A stretch of DNA of 64,000 nt, from NCBI GenBank assembly GCA_965202665.1, contig OZ241841.1, forward strand, positions 640,001 through 704,000. The letters run 5' to 3'. Below, one piece after another: positions 28,662 through 39,024 of this stretch. Under the pieces are notes generated by a model. It was not told the origin of the DNA, made no database searches, and saw only the letters and a list, made by a program, of their open reading frames with translations. Position 1 is the stretch's first letter. Every line of letters begins with the position of its first letter. Made by a program: the position numbers and the translations under genes. This DNA is from Candidatus Spongiisociaceae bacterium. GTDB lineage: Bacteria > Actinomycetota > Acidimicrobiia > Spongiisociales > Spongiisociaceae.

Positions 28662-29750
28662 TTACCGCCAGTCCAGCAGCGTCCCCAGCATGTCCTTTTC
28701 GCCGGCGGCCAAGTCGGCCATGGCCTCCCCCGCCTGGGAGGCCGGGTAGGTGTGAGTGCGCAGGGCGGACAGGGCCAGCCGTCCCCGGGCGCACAGGCTC
28801 AGCAGAAAAGAAACGTTGTCGGCGATGGTGAAGCGGGCCCCCCGCCGGGCCGGATCCTGATAGGGGGCGTTGCTGGTGCCCAGGATGGAAACCTGCTTGT
28901 TGTAAAAGTCGGCGGACAGCAAACTCCCCACCTCCTCGGGATGGAGGGCGATGGCGACCAGCCTCCCCCCTTCGTCCAGTATGCGCATCCCCAAGTCCAG
29001 GGCCTCCGCCCCCACCGCCGCCTCCACCGCAATGTCAATTCCGAAGGGATGAAAACGCTCGGTAAGGCGGTCCCCCAAATCCTCCCGCCGCGGGTCCAGC
29101 GCCAGGGCGTCCGGCAAAGCCGCCGCCGCCCGGTCCCGGCGGGCGGGGGAAATGTCCAGGCAGGCCAGGCGGGCTCCCACCGCGTCGGCCGCCAGGGCCG
29201 CCCCCAGCCCCACCAGCCCCAGGCCGATCACCGCAACGTTGTGGCCGGGGATGAACCGGCCCCGGCGCAAGGCGTGCAAGCCGAGGGTGGGCAGGTAGGC
29301 GAAAGGGGCGGCCTGGTCGGACACCGCCTCGGGCACCGGAATCGCCTGCCATTCCAAAACGTCGTAGGCCTGCTGGTGGCGGGCCAGGGCGAACACCCGC
29401 TCCCCGGGGGAGAACCCGTCCACTCCTTCTCCGACGTCCGTCACCTCCCCCAGGCTGTTGTAACCGAAGTTGACCGGAAACCGGGCCTCCCCGGGCCGGT
29501 TGGCCCCGGTGACCGCGTAGGCGGGCAACGTCCCCATCCCGGTGCTGGTGACCGTATCGATTTCGGCGAATCCCTCCCATACTTCCTCCACCATCGGCCG
29601 GCCCAGGAAGAGGCGCAATTCGGTGCCGGGGCTGATCAGGCTGAACAGGGTGCGCACCCGCACCATGCCCGGCGGAACCCGGTCCGGGAGTTGGGCGGGG
29701 ATCCATTCGATGCGGCCGGGGGCGGTGATGAGGGGCCGCTCCGCCTTCAT
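28662..29750 (-). CDS. Medium-chain dehydrogenase/reductase (SPGTE subtype)
   Basis: [23 protein letters not shown] Rossmann motif. Confidence 0.85.
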   Translation of the reverse strand: MKAERPLITAPGRIEWIPAQLPDRVPPGMVRVRTLFSLISPGTELRLFLGRPMVEEVWEGFAEIDTVTSTGMGTLPAYAVTGANRPGEARFPVNFGYNSLGEVTDVGEGVDGFSPGERVFALARHQQAYDVLEWQAIPVPEAVSDQAAPFAYLPTLGLHALRRGRFIPGHNVAVIGLGLVGLGAALAADAVGARLACLDISPARRDRAAAALPDALALDPRREDLGDRLTERFHPFGIDIAVEAAVGAEALDLGMRILDEGGRLVAIALHPEEVGSLLSADFYNKQVSILGTSNAPYQDPARRGARFTIADNVSFLLSLCARGRLALSALRTHTYPASQAGEAMADLAAGEKDMLGTLLDWR

Positions 29751-30778
29751 TCGGCGACTCCCTCCGTGTAACCCCGGTCTTCGGGATAAAGGCAGTGGGC
29801 TTGGTGGCCGGCGGCGGGGGCGACCGCCGGGGGGAAACCTTCCGTGCAGGCGTCATCGGCTTTCCAGCACCGGGTGTGGAATGGGCAACCGGGGGGAGGA
29901 CGGCGCGGGTCGGGCAGGACCCCCTCCAGGATGATCCGTTCGCCTTCCCGGGTGATCATGGGACTGGCCGACAGGAGGGCCCGCGTGTAAGGGTGCAGGC
30001 TGCGGTTCTGGACGTCGGCCACCGGCCCCTGCTCCACTTTGCGCCCCAGGTACATCACCGCCACCCGGTCCACCAGCCAGGAAACGGCCTGCAGGTTGTG
30101 GCTGATGAAGATGATGGCCAAATCCAGCCTGTCCCGCAGTTCGGCCAACAGGTTGAGTATCTGGTTCTGGACGCTCACATCCAGGGCGGAGGTGGGCTCG
30201 TCGGCCACCAGCAAAGACGGGTTCAAAGACAGGGCGCGGGCGATGGCCACCCGTTGCCGCTGGCCGCCCGACAATTCGGAGGGCCGCTTGTCGGCCGCGT
30301 CCCCCGGCATGTGCACCATGTCCAACAGTTCCTCGATTCGCTCCCGGCGCTTCCCGGGGTCGCGCCATCCGTGGATGATGAGCGGGTCGGCCAAAGTCTG
30401 GGAGACTTTCAAACGGGGGTTGAGGCTGGAAGTGGGGTCTTGGAAGACGATGGCCGTCTCCCGGGCCAGGGTGCGGCGGCGCCACTTGTAGGGCTGGGCC
30501 CACACGTCGGTCCCTTTGTAGAGGATGCGGCCCCCGGTGGGGCGGACCAAACCCACGATGCACCGGGCGACGGTGGATTTGCCGCACCCCGACTCCCCCA
30601 CCAGGCCCAGGGCCTCCCCCGGTTGCACGGCCAGGCTCAGGTCTTCGACGGCGTGCACCCGCCGCCGTCCCGGAGCCCGGTAGCGGTGGATGAGCCCGTC
30701 CAACTCCAACAAGGGACCCCCGTCCGTCCCGGCGGGGGCGGGGGCTTCGCCGGCGGGGGCGCGGACGGCGTCGGTCAC
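29747..30778 (-). CDS. Opp/Dpp-type ABC transporter ATP-binding protein
   Basis: [36 protein letters not shown]. Confidence 0.95.
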   Translation of the reverse strand: MTDAVRAPAGEAPAPAGTDGGPLLELDGLIHRYRAPGRRRVHAVEDLSLAVQPGEALGLVGESGCGKSTVARCIVGLVRPTGGRILYKGTDVWAQPYKWRRRTLARETAIVFQDPTSSLNPRLKVSQTLADPLIIHGWRDPGKRRERIEELLDMVHMPGDAADKRPSELSGGQRQRVAIARALSLNPSLLVADEPTSALDVSVQNQILNLLAELRDRLDLAIIFISHNLQAVSWLVDRVAVMYLGRKVEQGPVADVQNRSLHPYTRALLSASPMITREGERIILEGVLPDPRRPPPGCPFHTRCWKADDACTEGFPPAVAPAAGHQAHCLYPEDRGYTEGVAE

Positions 30779-31764
30779 GGCCCGCTCCCCGCTGCAACCG
30801 CCGTATCTTCCCCGGGCGCCGGGTAGTAACAGGCCAGCTGATGGCCGGGCCCGATGCTTTCCAGGCCGGGGGGGGTTTCAGGGCAAGGATGGGAGGCGTT
30901 GGGACACCGTTCCACAAAGCGACATCCGGGGGAAAACTCCAGGGGGCTGGGCACCACTCCGTCCACCGAACGGGCCGGGCGTTCCCGGGCTTCCAGGCTG
31001 ACGATGGAACCCAGCAGCCCCGAGGTGTAAGGATGGCGGGGGCGGCTGGTGATCAGCCCGGCGGGACCGGTTTCCGTCAACTGCCCGGCGTACATCACCA
31101 TAATCCGCTCGCACAATTCCCGCACCAGGGCGATGTTGTGGGTGATCAACAAGGTGGTGAAAGACAATTCGGCCTGCAACGACTGCAGCAATTCCACGAT
31201 CTGGGCCTGCACCGTTTCGTCGAGGGCGGTGGTCGGTTCGTCGCCGATTAGCAAGGCGGGATTGCGGGCCAAGGCCAAGGCGATCAGCACCCGTTGCCGT
31301 TGCCCCCCCGACAGTTGATGGGGGTAGGCGGCGGCGATGGCGGACGGGTTGGGGAGATGCACCCGCTCCAGCTGGGCCCGCAGGCGGGCGTCGTCCGCCG
31401 CGCCGTCCAGTTTCATCACCTGGCCCAGTTGGGCTTTGACCGTCATCCCCGGGTTGAGGCTGAGCACCGGGTCCTGGTAGACCATTCCGATTTCGGCCCC
31501 CATCACCGCCCGGCGGGCGGCGGCGGGCATGTCCAGCAACTCCCGGCCTTTCCACCTCACCGAACCGGACGCCTCCACTTTGCGGGGCAGAAGCCCCATC
31601 ACCGCCAGCCCGGTCAGGGTTTTCCCGCACCCCGATTCCCCCACGATGCCCAGGTTTTCCCCTTCGGTCACCGCGAAACTGACCCCGGACACCACCTCCG
31701 TCCCCCCGTAGGCGTGCGGGATGCGGATGGTGAGATCCTCCACTTCCAAAATCTTCTCCGCCAT
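30775..31764 (-). CDS. Opp/Dpp-type ABC transporter ATP-binding protein
   Basis: [40 protein letters not shown]. Confidence 0.95.
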   Translation of the reverse strand: MAEKILEVEDLTIRIPHAYGGTEVVSGVSFAVTEGENLGIVGESGCGKTLTGLAVMGLLPRKVEASGSVRWKGRELLDMPAAARRAVMGAEIGMVYQDPVLSLNPGMTVKAQLGQVMKLDGAADDARLRAQLERVHLPNPSAIAAAYPHQLSGGQRQRVLIALALARNPALLIGDEPTTALDETVQAQIVELLQSLQAELSFTTLLITHNIALVRELCERIMVMYAGQLTETGPAGLITSRPRHPYTSGLLGSIVSLEARERPARSVDGVVPSPLEFSPGCRFVERCPNASHPCPETPPGLESIGPGHQLACYYPAPGEDTAVAAGSGP

Positions 31765-31767
31765 CTT

Positions 31768-32724
31768 TCATTCTCCCAGCAGGTGGCGGCGGCCGCCCAG
31801 GCGGTCGGCCATGCTTTCGGCCACGGTGTTGAGGGCCATCACGGTCAGGAAAATGGCTATGCCGGGGAAGGTGGTGTACCACCAGGTGCCCGCCATCAAC
31901 TGCTGCTGGCCGTCGCGGATCATGTTGCCCCATGTGGGAGTGGGGGGACGCACCCCCGCCCCCAGGAAACTGATGGAGGCCTCCAGCACCACCGCGTCCG
32001 CCGCCACCAGGGTGAAAAACACCAGAACCGGGGTGGCGATGTTGAGGGACACATGCCGCAGCAGAATGCGAATTTCCGAGGAACCCAGGGCCCGTTGCGC
32101 CTGCACGTAGTCCTCCGACAGCTGATCCAAAACCGAAGCCCGCACGAACCGGGCCAGGATGGGCGAATAGACCACCGCCAGCACCATCATCAGGGTGGTC
32201 AGGGACGGCTCGAAAGCGGCCGACACCACCACCGCCAGGATCACCGCCGGGAAGGCGAACTGGATGTCCATCAGGCGCATCAGCACATCGTTGATCCATT
32301 TGCGGCGGGGGCGATGGGCGGAAGCCGCGGCCGCCATCCCGATGATCCCGCCGATGAGCAGGGCCAGCAACGGGGCCAGAACCGCCACCAAAGCCGACAC
32401 CCGGGTGCCGAAAATGACCCGGGAGAAAATGTCCCGGCCCGCCTCGTCGGAACCCATGATATGCGACGGCCAGTCGGGGCCGGTGTTGGGCAGGGTCAAG
32501 CCCACCTCCAGCGGATCGTAGGGGGCGAACAGGGGGGCCAAAACCGCCACCAGCACTGCGAAAACTATCCAGACCAGGGCGATTTTGGCCCGAATGGGGA
32601 AACTCCTCCAAGAAAGGCGCCCTCCGGCGGAGGCCTGCATGGCCGTCTCGATGGAGCGGGGGCCGAACCGGAAGCCGGGCGGACGGCGGCGGGAGGGGCC
32701 GGAGGGCGGCGGCTTACTGCTCAC
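31768..32724 (-). CDS. Opp/Dpp-type ABC permease (OppC-like)
   Basis: GSDEAGRDIFSR, DYVQAQRALG, EASISFLGAG, PTWGNMI. Confidence 0.93.
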   Translation of the reverse strand: MSSKPPPSGPSRRRPPGFRFGPRSIETAMQASAGGRLSWRSFPIRAKIALVWIVFAVLVAVLAPLFAPYDPLEVGLTLPNTGPDWPSHIMGSDEAGRDIFSRVIFGTRVSALVAVLAPLLALLIGGIIGMAAAASAHRPRRKWINDVLMRLMDIQFAFPAVILAVVVSAAFEPSLTTLMMVLAVVYSPILARFVRASVLDQLSEDYVQAQRALGSSEIRILLRHVSLNIATPVLVFFTLVAADAVVLEASISFLGAGVRPPTPTWGNMIRDGQQQLMAGTWWYTTFPGIAIFLTVMALNTVAESMADRLGGRRHLLGE

Positions 32725-33667
32725 GGGCGCTCGGCTTGAAGATTACGAAAGCTATGTCGGCCACCAGGTTGGCGAAAATGAACATCAGGGCGGCGATCAG
32801 GGCCACCCCGATGATGGCCGCGAAATCGCCGGTGCTGGCCGAAGTGATCATCAGCAAACCCAGCCCGGGCAGGTTGAAAACCAACTCCACCAGCACCGCC
32901 CCGCCCAGCAGATACCCGGCCTGTATGCCCAGCACCGTCAGCGGGGCCACCAAGGCGTTGCGCAACACGTTGCGCCGCACCACCGTCCGGTCCCGCAGGC
33001 CCAGCCCGCGGGCGGTGCGCACGTAGTCTTTGTCCAGTTCGTCCAGCACCGAGGAACGCACCACCCGGGTCAGAAAACCCCCCACCGGCAGGCCGATGGA
33101 CAGGCAGGGCAGAACCAGCGATTTCATCCACCCCAGCGGATCATCGGAAAAATAGACCCACCCGCCGGCGGGCAACCATCGAAAACGCAGGGCCAGCAAC
33201 TGGATCAGCAACAGGGCCAGCCAGAACACCGGCATGGCCAAAGCGGCGAAGGTGACGGTCCGCACCGCCGCGTCCCACCAGGTTCCCGCGTAGTAGGCGG
33301 AGGTCACCCCCAGTATGAAGGCGATAAGCATCCCCAGCCCCAAGGAGACGAAGGCGATGGTGAGCGTCACCCCGATCCGTTCACCCAGGATTTCCCGCAC
33401 CGGGCGTTTGCCGAACACGCTCACCCCCAACTCGCCCTGGGCCAAGTCGCCCACATAGGAGACGTAGCGGACCGGAAAGGGGTCGTCCAGCGCGAACTCT
33501 TCAGCCAACTGCTCCCGGGCTTCTTCGCTGGCGTACAGGCCCAAAGCGGCGTAGCGCGGATCCAGGGGGGACAGGTCCAGCATCAGGAACAGGTAGAGCG
33601 TGATGCCCAAAACGACCGGGATGACCTGCAGGAAGCGGCGCAGGACAATCCGGCCCACATCTCCCAT
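32714..33667 (-). CDS. Opp/Dpp-type ABC permease (OppB-like)
   Basis: GELGVS, DYVRTARGLG, LRNAL, GAVLVELVFNLPGLG. Confidence 0.93.
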   Translation of the reverse strand: MGDVGRIVLRRFLQVIPVVLGITLYLFLMLDLSPLDPRYAALGLYASEEAREQLAEEFALDDPFPVRYVSYVGDLAQGELGVSVFGKRPVREILGERIGVTLTIAFVSLGLGMLIAFILGVTSAYYAGTWWDAAVRTVTFAALAMPVFWLALLLIQLLALRFRWLPAGGWVYFSDDPLGWMKSLVLPCLSIGLPVGGFLTRVVRSSVLDELDKDYVRTARGLGLRDRTVVRRNVLRNALVAPLTVLGIQAGYLLGGAVLVELVFNLPGLGLLMITSASTGDFAAIIGVALIAALMFIFANLVADIAFVIFKPSAREQ

Positions 33668-33726
33668 CAGGTCACTCCCGCCTCGCCCCGGCTGCGGCCG
33701 GTGCGGCTAGCTACGTTGTTCAGTCA

Positions 33727-33751
33727 CCGGTCGGGCGCCCGGCCCGACCGG
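33727..33751 (-). terminator. GC-rich stem-loop after the substrate-binding gene (partial terminator or mRNA stabiliser)
   Basis: Perfect 10-bp inverted repeat CCGGTCGGGC/GCCCGACCGG with a 5-nt loop, 8 nt past the stop; no U-tract. Confidence 0.55.
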
Positions 33752-33759
33752 GCGGACCT

Positions 33760-35406
33760 TTACATCCCGGAGGGAGTCACTCCGAACAGGGTCACCCCCA
33801 AGGTTTGCGGCATCTGGTAACCGGCCACCGACTTGTTCCAGCCGTGCGCCAAAGGCTGGAACAGGATGGGCGCCGAGCCCGCCTCCTCCAGCAGGATCTC
33901 GTTGGCCATGGCGTACTGGCGGTTCTGTTCGTCGAAATCGGAGGCGGCCAGCGCGTTGTCCAAATGCTCGGTCAACTTGGGTACGCCCGGAGTGGCGAAG
34001 TTGGCCAGGTCGGCCAGCCCGCTCCACCAGCCGCGGAACAGCATGTCCGGGTCGAAGCTGAACACTTCGAAGCCGATGGTGGCGACCCAGGCGTCGTAGT
34101 TGGCCGGTTCTATGTCGGAAGCCCAGCGGGCGTCGATGGAGTCCACCAGCAACCGGGGGGCGAACCCGCCTTCCTTCATCTGTGAGGCGAACAGCGGGGC
34201 CTGCGGGTTGACGTAGGCCCATTCCACGATGCCCAACTCGAAGTCCAAGGGGGTTTCCACCCCCGCCTCGGCCAGCAACGCCAAAGACCGCTCCGGATCG
34301 AAGTTGTACTGGATGGAGGGTTCTATGAACCGGTCCGACTCGGGCGGCAGGGGGGAGCGGGCGATGCGGCCCTCCCCTTGCAGGCCAATGTCGATCAGCT
34401 GCTGGGCGTTGATGGAGTACATGGCCGCCTGTCGCACCAGCTGATTGTCGAACGGGGGACGGGTGGTGTTGAACATGATGATCTCTAAAAAGGAGGTCTC
34501 CCGGGCGATGCCCAACTCCACGTTGGGCGAATCCTCCACCGCCCGGTACAACTGCGGGGAGATGCCGTCGAATATCTGCACCTGCCCCGCCTCGCACTGG
34601 GCGAACCGGGTCTGCAACTCCGGTATCCCCTGGTAGGTGATGTTCACCGCCGCCAGCGGCTGCGGCCCCTCGTAGCCGTCGTAACGGCGGAAGGAGTTGA
34701 CGTCGTTGGCGAAGGGGGCGTCCACCATCATGGAACCGGAGGACGGCACCGGGTTGGTGGAGTACGCCTCCCCGCCCACGTCCAGCCACACCGACTTGGG
34801 CACCGTCTTGATGGCCGACATCCGCTGGAACAGCACATCCTCGGGCACCGCCTGGTTGAGGTTGATCCGCAACATGTCATCGGCCACCACGTCGATGGAT
34901 TCGATGAACGTGATGTACTGGGTGAAAGGCGACCCGAACCCTTCGGTGCGCAACCGTTCGTAGGCGAAGGCCATGTCTTCGGCGGTGATGGGGGTGCCGT
35001 CGGTGAAGGTGCGGTCGGTGCGCACCCGGACCGTGTAAGTGCGGTCGTCCACCTTCTGCGGCATTTCCGCGGCCAGCCCCGGAATCAGGGAGCGGTTGGG
35101 CAACTTGATCAGCAAACCCTCCATCATATGCTGGCCGGTGGCCAGGGCGGCGGCCGTGGTTTTGTTGGAGTCCAAGGAGTTCCAAGTCCCGACTAAAGCC
35201 AGGGTGATGCTGTCGAACTCCGAGGGCGCGGCGGCCGTGGTGGTGGTCGCCTCCGTAGCCGCGGTGGTGGTTGCGGGCGCGGAGGTAGTGGTAGCGGGAG
35301 CGGGGTCGTCCGACCCGCAGGCGGCCAGGACGGTCGGCGCCACCGCCGACGCCCCCAGCACCAACCCGCTCTTCTTCAAGAATTCCCGACGGTCCATGTT
35401 CTTCAT
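33760..35406 (-). CDS. Family-5 ABC substrate-binding lipoprotein, Tat-exported
   Basis: DRREFLK twin-arginine signal, LAAC lipobox, Thr/Ala linker, FTDGTPITAED, PFDNQLVRQA; AAGGAGG SD. Confidence 0.92.
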   Translation of the reverse strand: MKNMDRREFLKKSGLVLGASAVAPTVLAACGSDDPAPATTTSAPATTTAATEATTTTAAAPSEFDSITLALVGTWNSLDSNKTTAAALATGQHMMEGLLIKLPNRSLIPGLAAEMPQKVDDRTYTVRVRTDRTFTDGTPITAEDMAFAYERLRTEGFGSPFTQYITFIESIDVVADDMLRINLNQAVPEDVLFQRMSAIKTVPKSVWLDVGGEAYSTNPVPSSGSMMVDAPFANDVNSFRRYDGYEGPQPLAAVNITYQGIPELQTRFAQCEAGQVQIFDGISPQLYRAVEDSPNVELGIARETSFLEIIMFNTTRPPFDNQLVRQAAMYSINAQQLIDIGLQGEGRIARSPLPPESDRFIEPSIQYNFDPERSLALLAEAGVETPLDFELGIVEWAYVNPQAPLFASQMKEGGFAPRLLVDSIDARWASDIEPANYDAWVATIGFEVFSFDPDMLFRGWWSGLADLANFATPGVPKLTEHLDNALAASDFDEQNRQYAMANEILLEEAGSAPILFQPLAHGWNKSVAGYQMPQTLGVTLFGVTPSGM

Positions 35407-35461
35407 TGCGTGCCTCCTTCAGTCAAACACAATGCTCCCCGTATGCTACCCGCGTCGCCGG

Positions 35462-35543
35462 GCGAGCGCAAATAGTATACGGTATACATTCCCCATCTTA
35501 GCGCTCGCAACCGCCCGGCGCCGCCGGTCGGCGAACTATAGTT
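35462..35543. promoter_or_regulatory. Divergent promoter/operator region
   Basis: Tandem GTATAC hexamers (35475-35480, 35482-35487) within an 8-bp inverted repeat GCGAGCGC/GCGCTCGC; palindromic AACTATAGTT at 35534-35543 gives TATAGT on both strands. Confidence 0.45.
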
Positions 35544-35583
35544 TGGGGGGATGTTGCGAAAAGAATCCAACCGGTAACCGGCA

Positions 35584-36936
35584 ATGGCCGCTCCCCTGCT
35601 CGATCCTCCTTCCTCCCATGTCATCCCTTTGGAGTTGGGACGGGACTATCCGACGGTGGTTTCCGGGCGGGGGGCCTGGGTGGAGGACGCAACCGGCAAG
35701 CGCTATTTGGACGCCATGAGCGGCGGCTCCATGGCCGCCACCTTGGGGCACGGGCGCCGCGACCTGCTGGAAACGGTCCGCCGTTCGGCCAAGACGGCCC
35801 CTTTCGTCAACAACGAATGGCTGACCAACCCCTGGCAGGAGGAGCTGGCCGTCCGGCTGACCGAAGTCGCCCCGCCCGGTTTCACCCGGGTGCGGTTCGT
35901 CACCGGCGGGGCGGAAGGCAACGAGACGGCGGTGCGCATCGCCCGGCAGTACCACGTGGAGCGGGGCGAGCCGGAACGATGGCAGGTCATCTCCCCCGCC
36001 CAGTCCTACCACGGGCCCACCATGCAAACCCTGGCCCTGACCGGCCGCCCCGGACTGCAGGGCTCCTTCGCCCCCTATCTGGGGGAGCACCTGCACATCC
36101 CGCCCTCCACCCCCCGCTTCGGCGAGGACGGCTGGGCGGCCCTGGATGAACTGGACCGGGTGCTGGAACGGGCCGGGCCGGAAACCGTTTCCCTGTTTTT
36201 CTGCGAGCCGGTGAGCGCCGCCGCCCTGCCCGCCTACTCCCCCCCGCAGGCCTTTTGGGAAGGCTTGGCGGAGCGGCGGGAACGGCACGGCTTCCTCATC
36301 GGGTTCGACGAGGTGGTGACCGGGATGGGCAGAACCGGGGACTGGTTCGCCGCGGGCCGCTTGCCGCTGGTTCCGGACATCATCGTCTCCGCCAAAGGCC
36401 TGGGCGCCGGATACGCCGCCCTGGGGGCGGTGCTGTGCCGCAGCGGCGTTTACCAAGCTTTCGCGGCCGGTTCGGGATGCTTCACCCTGGGCCACACCTG
36501 GGACGGGGCGCCGCTGTCCTGCGCGGTGGGCCTGGCGGTGGTCGACGTCCTCCGCGAAGAAGGATGGATCGAACATGTGGCCCGCCGGGGGCCGCAGTTG
36601 CGCGAGCAACTGGAGTCGGCCCTGTCCGGAATTGACATGGTGGGGCGGGTGCGGGGGGTCGGATACCTGCTGGGGGTGGAATACGCCGACCCGCGGGACG
36701 GGGTATCGTTTTTGCCCCGGGAACTGAAGGTAGCGGCGCGGGTGGACCGGCAATGCGATGACAACGGACTGCTAGTTCTCAGCACGCAGCCCACCGGGGA
36801 CGGGATGGCGGGCGACCAAAGCCTGTTCGCCCCCCCGTTCGTCACCCCCGAATCCGACTTGGAGGAAATGGTGGAACGTTTCGCCCGCTCGGTGCGGCGG
36901 GTAGCCGAACAGGTGGGCGGGGAGGGGGGGCTGTGA
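35584..36936 (+). CDS. Class-III PLP aminotransferase (omega-amine transaminase)
   Basis: GKRYLDA, TGGAEGNE, SYHG, FDEVVTGMGRTG, SAKGLG catalytic Lys, GHTW. Confidence 0.93.
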   Translation: MAAPLLDPPSSHVIPLELGRDYPTVVSGRGAWVEDATGKRYLDAMSGGSMAATLGHGRRDLLETVRRSAKTAPFVNNEWLTNPWQEELAVRLTEVAPPGFTRVRFVTGGAEGNETAVRIARQYHVERGEPERWQVISPAQSYHGPTMQTLALTGRPGLQGSFAPYLGEHLHIPPSTPRFGEDGWAALDELDRVLERAGPETVSLFFCEPVSAAALPAYSPPQAFWEGLAERRERHGFLIGFDEVVTGMGRTGDWFAAGRLPLVPDIIVSAKGLGAGYAALGAVLCRSGVYQAFAAGSGCFTLGHTWDGAPLSCAVGLAVVDVLREEGWIEHVARRGPQLREQLESALSGIDMVGRVRGVGYLLGVEYADPRDGVSFLPRELKVAARVDRQCDDNGLLVLSTQPTGDGMAGDQSLFAPPFVTPESDLEEMVERFARSVRRVAEQVGGEGGL

Positions 36937-37649
36937 ACGGCTCCGCCCCGCGGGCGCTGATCATCCAGCACGAGGAGCCCACTCCGCCCGGTTTCGCCGG
37001 GGAGTGGATGGCCGAACGCGGGTTTGAAATCGACCTGCACCGCATCGACGTAGAGGAGCGGCCGGTGGCGGCGGGCGACTACCGACTGCTGGTCTCGCTT
37101 GGTTCCGAATTCGCCGCCTTCGATGATTCCCTTCCCTGGCTCAGCCGGGAAATGGACATCATGCAGTCGGCGTTGGAAAAGGACGTTCCCATCCTCGGCC
37201 TCTGTTTCGGGGGCCAACTTTTGGCCCGGGTACTGGGCTCCCATTGCTATCGCGGGGAGGTATGCGAGGTGGGATGGCTGACCGTTGAAACCCGCGACCC
37301 GCAACTGGTGCCCGCCGGGCCGTGGTTCCAATGGCATTTCGACACTTTCACCCCGCCCCCCTCGGCCGAGGTGGCGGCCCGCACCGAAATGGGCCCACAG
37401 GCTTTTACCTACGGGCGCCATATGGGACTGCAATTCCATCCCGAAGTCACCCCGGCCATCATGGAAAGATGGGTGGAGGCCTACCCGCACGAGTTGGAGG
37501 AGGTGGGGGTGAATCCGGCGGCGTTGCTGGCGGAAACCCGGCGCCGGGCGGAGGCCGCCCAAGCCCGTAGCCGGATTCTTTTGGAAAGTTACGCGAAGAT
37601 GGCGGAACTGCCCGCCCGTCCCGCCGCCGACGACGGAGGCGGAGAATGA
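36933..37649 (+). CDS. Class-I glutamine amidotransferase-like protein (candidate gamma-glutamyl hydrolase)
   Basis: LGLCFGGQ nucleophile, FQWHFD, LQFHPE triad; overlaps both flanking aminotransferases. Confidence 0.88.
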   Translation: MNGSAPRALIIQHEEPTPPGFAGEWMAERGFEIDLHRIDVEERPVAAGDYRLLVSLGSEFAAFDDSLPWLSREMDIMQSALEKDVPILGLCFGGQLLARVLGSHCYRGEVCEVGWLTVETRDPQLVPAGPWFQWHFDTFTPPPSAEVAARTEMGPQAFTYGRHMGLQFHPEVTPAIMERWVEAYPHELEEVGVNPAALLAETRRRAEAAQARSRILLESYAKMAELPARPAADDGGGE

Positions 37650-38998
37650 CGGGGGCGCCCTCCGCCGACTCCCGGGTTTTCCCCCGCTACGCCGACTTCG
37701 CCTACCCGAGCGTTGCGGGCGGGCGGGGGGTGTGGCTGGAAACCGTCGACGGACGGCGCATTTTGGACGCCTGCTCGGGGGGGGTGATGACCGCCGGCCT
37801 GGGCTACGGGGTGGAGGCGATCCCGGATTCCGCCTTCGGCTACATGGGCGACATCGCCTACATGTACAACCACTTTTTCACCAACCGGCCCGCCGAGCAA
37901 CTGGCCCGCCGCCTAGTGGAGGTGGCGGCCCCGGAGATGGGACGGGTGCGGTTCGTCACCGGCGGGTCGGAGGCCAACGAAACGGCCCTGCGCATCGCCC
38001 GGCAATACCATGTGGACCGCGGCCAACCGGAAAGGTGGCGGGTGATTTCCCCCGCCCAGGCCTATCACGGGGCCACGATGGGAACCTTGGCCCTGACCGG
38101 CCGCCCCGCCCTGCAAGAACCTTTCGCCCCCTACCTGGCCCGGCATCATCATCTGCCGCCCGCCACCCCCCGCTTCGACCCCACCGGGCGGGCGGCTTTG
38201 GACGCGTTGGATGAAATCCTGGACCGGGTCGGGCCGGAAACGGTGTCCGCCTTTTTCTGCGAGCCGGTCAGCGCCGCCTCCCTACCCGCCTACTCCCCCC
38301 CGGACCTGTTCTGGGAGGGCCTGGCGGAACGGCGGGAGCGGCACGGGTTTCTGGTCTGTTTCGACGAGGTGGTGACCGGGATGGGGCGCACCGGAAGCTG
38401 GTTCGCCTACCAGGGCCTGCCCATCGTCCCCGACCTGGTGGCGGCCGGGAAAATGATGGGCGCGGGATACGCCCCGTTGGCGGCCGTCCTGTGCCGGGAG
38501 GAAATCTACCAAGCGATCGCGGCCGGCTCCGGGGACTTGGATCTGGGACACACTTGGGACGGGGCGCCGCTGGTGTGCGCGGTGGGCATGGCGGTGCTGG
38601 ACTTCATTCTGGAGCACGGCCTGGTAAACCGGGTGGAGCAACTGGGGCCCGGCCTGGCGCAGGAGCTGGAGGCGGCGGTGGGCGGCCTGTCCATTACCGG
38701 CGAAGTGCGGGGCCGCGGTTTCCTGCTGGGCGTGGAATACGTGGACCCCCGGGACGGCTCCTCCATCCCGCCCGACGAATGGAACCTGGCCCGGATGATC
38801 ACCGAAACGGCCTTGGAAAACGATCTGCTGGTCAACTCGTCGCATCCCAACCGGGACGGATGGGCCGGGGACCAGACTTTGCTGGCCCCCGCCTTCACGG
38901 CCAGCCGGGCCGAGCTGACGGAGATGATAGAACGGTTTGCGGCGGTAGCGGCAGCCGTCGACGCCCATGTCCGCCGGATGCCGGCGGGCGGCGGATAA
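37646..38998 (+). CDS. Class-III PLP aminotransferase, paralog of 35584-36936
   Basis: GRRILDA, TGGSEANE, AYHG, FDEVVTGMGRTG, AGKMMG, GHTW. Confidence 0.93.
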   Translation: MTGAPSADSRVFPRYADFAYPSVAGGRGVWLETVDGRRILDACSGGVMTAGLGYGVEAIPDSAFGYMGDIAYMYNHFFTNRPAEQLARRLVEVAAPEMGRVRFVTGGSEANETALRIARQYHVDRGQPERWRVISPAQAYHGATMGTLALTGRPALQEPFAPYLARHHHLPPATPRFDPTGRAALDALDEILDRVGPETVSAFFCEPVSAASLPAYSPPDLFWEGLAERRERHGFLVCFDEVVTGMGRTGSWFAYQGLPIVPDLVAAGKMMGAGYAPLAAVLCREEIYQAIAAGSGDLDLGHTWDGAPLVCAVGMAVLDFILEHGLVNRVEQLGPGLAQELEAAVGGLSITGEVRGRGFLLGVEYVDPRDGSSIPPDEWNLARMITETALENDLLVNSSHPNRDGWAGDQTLLAPAFTASRAELTEMIERFAAVAAAVDAHVRRMPAGGG

Positions 38999-39024
38999 AC
39001 AGAAAGCCGAGAGGAGCGGAGGGC

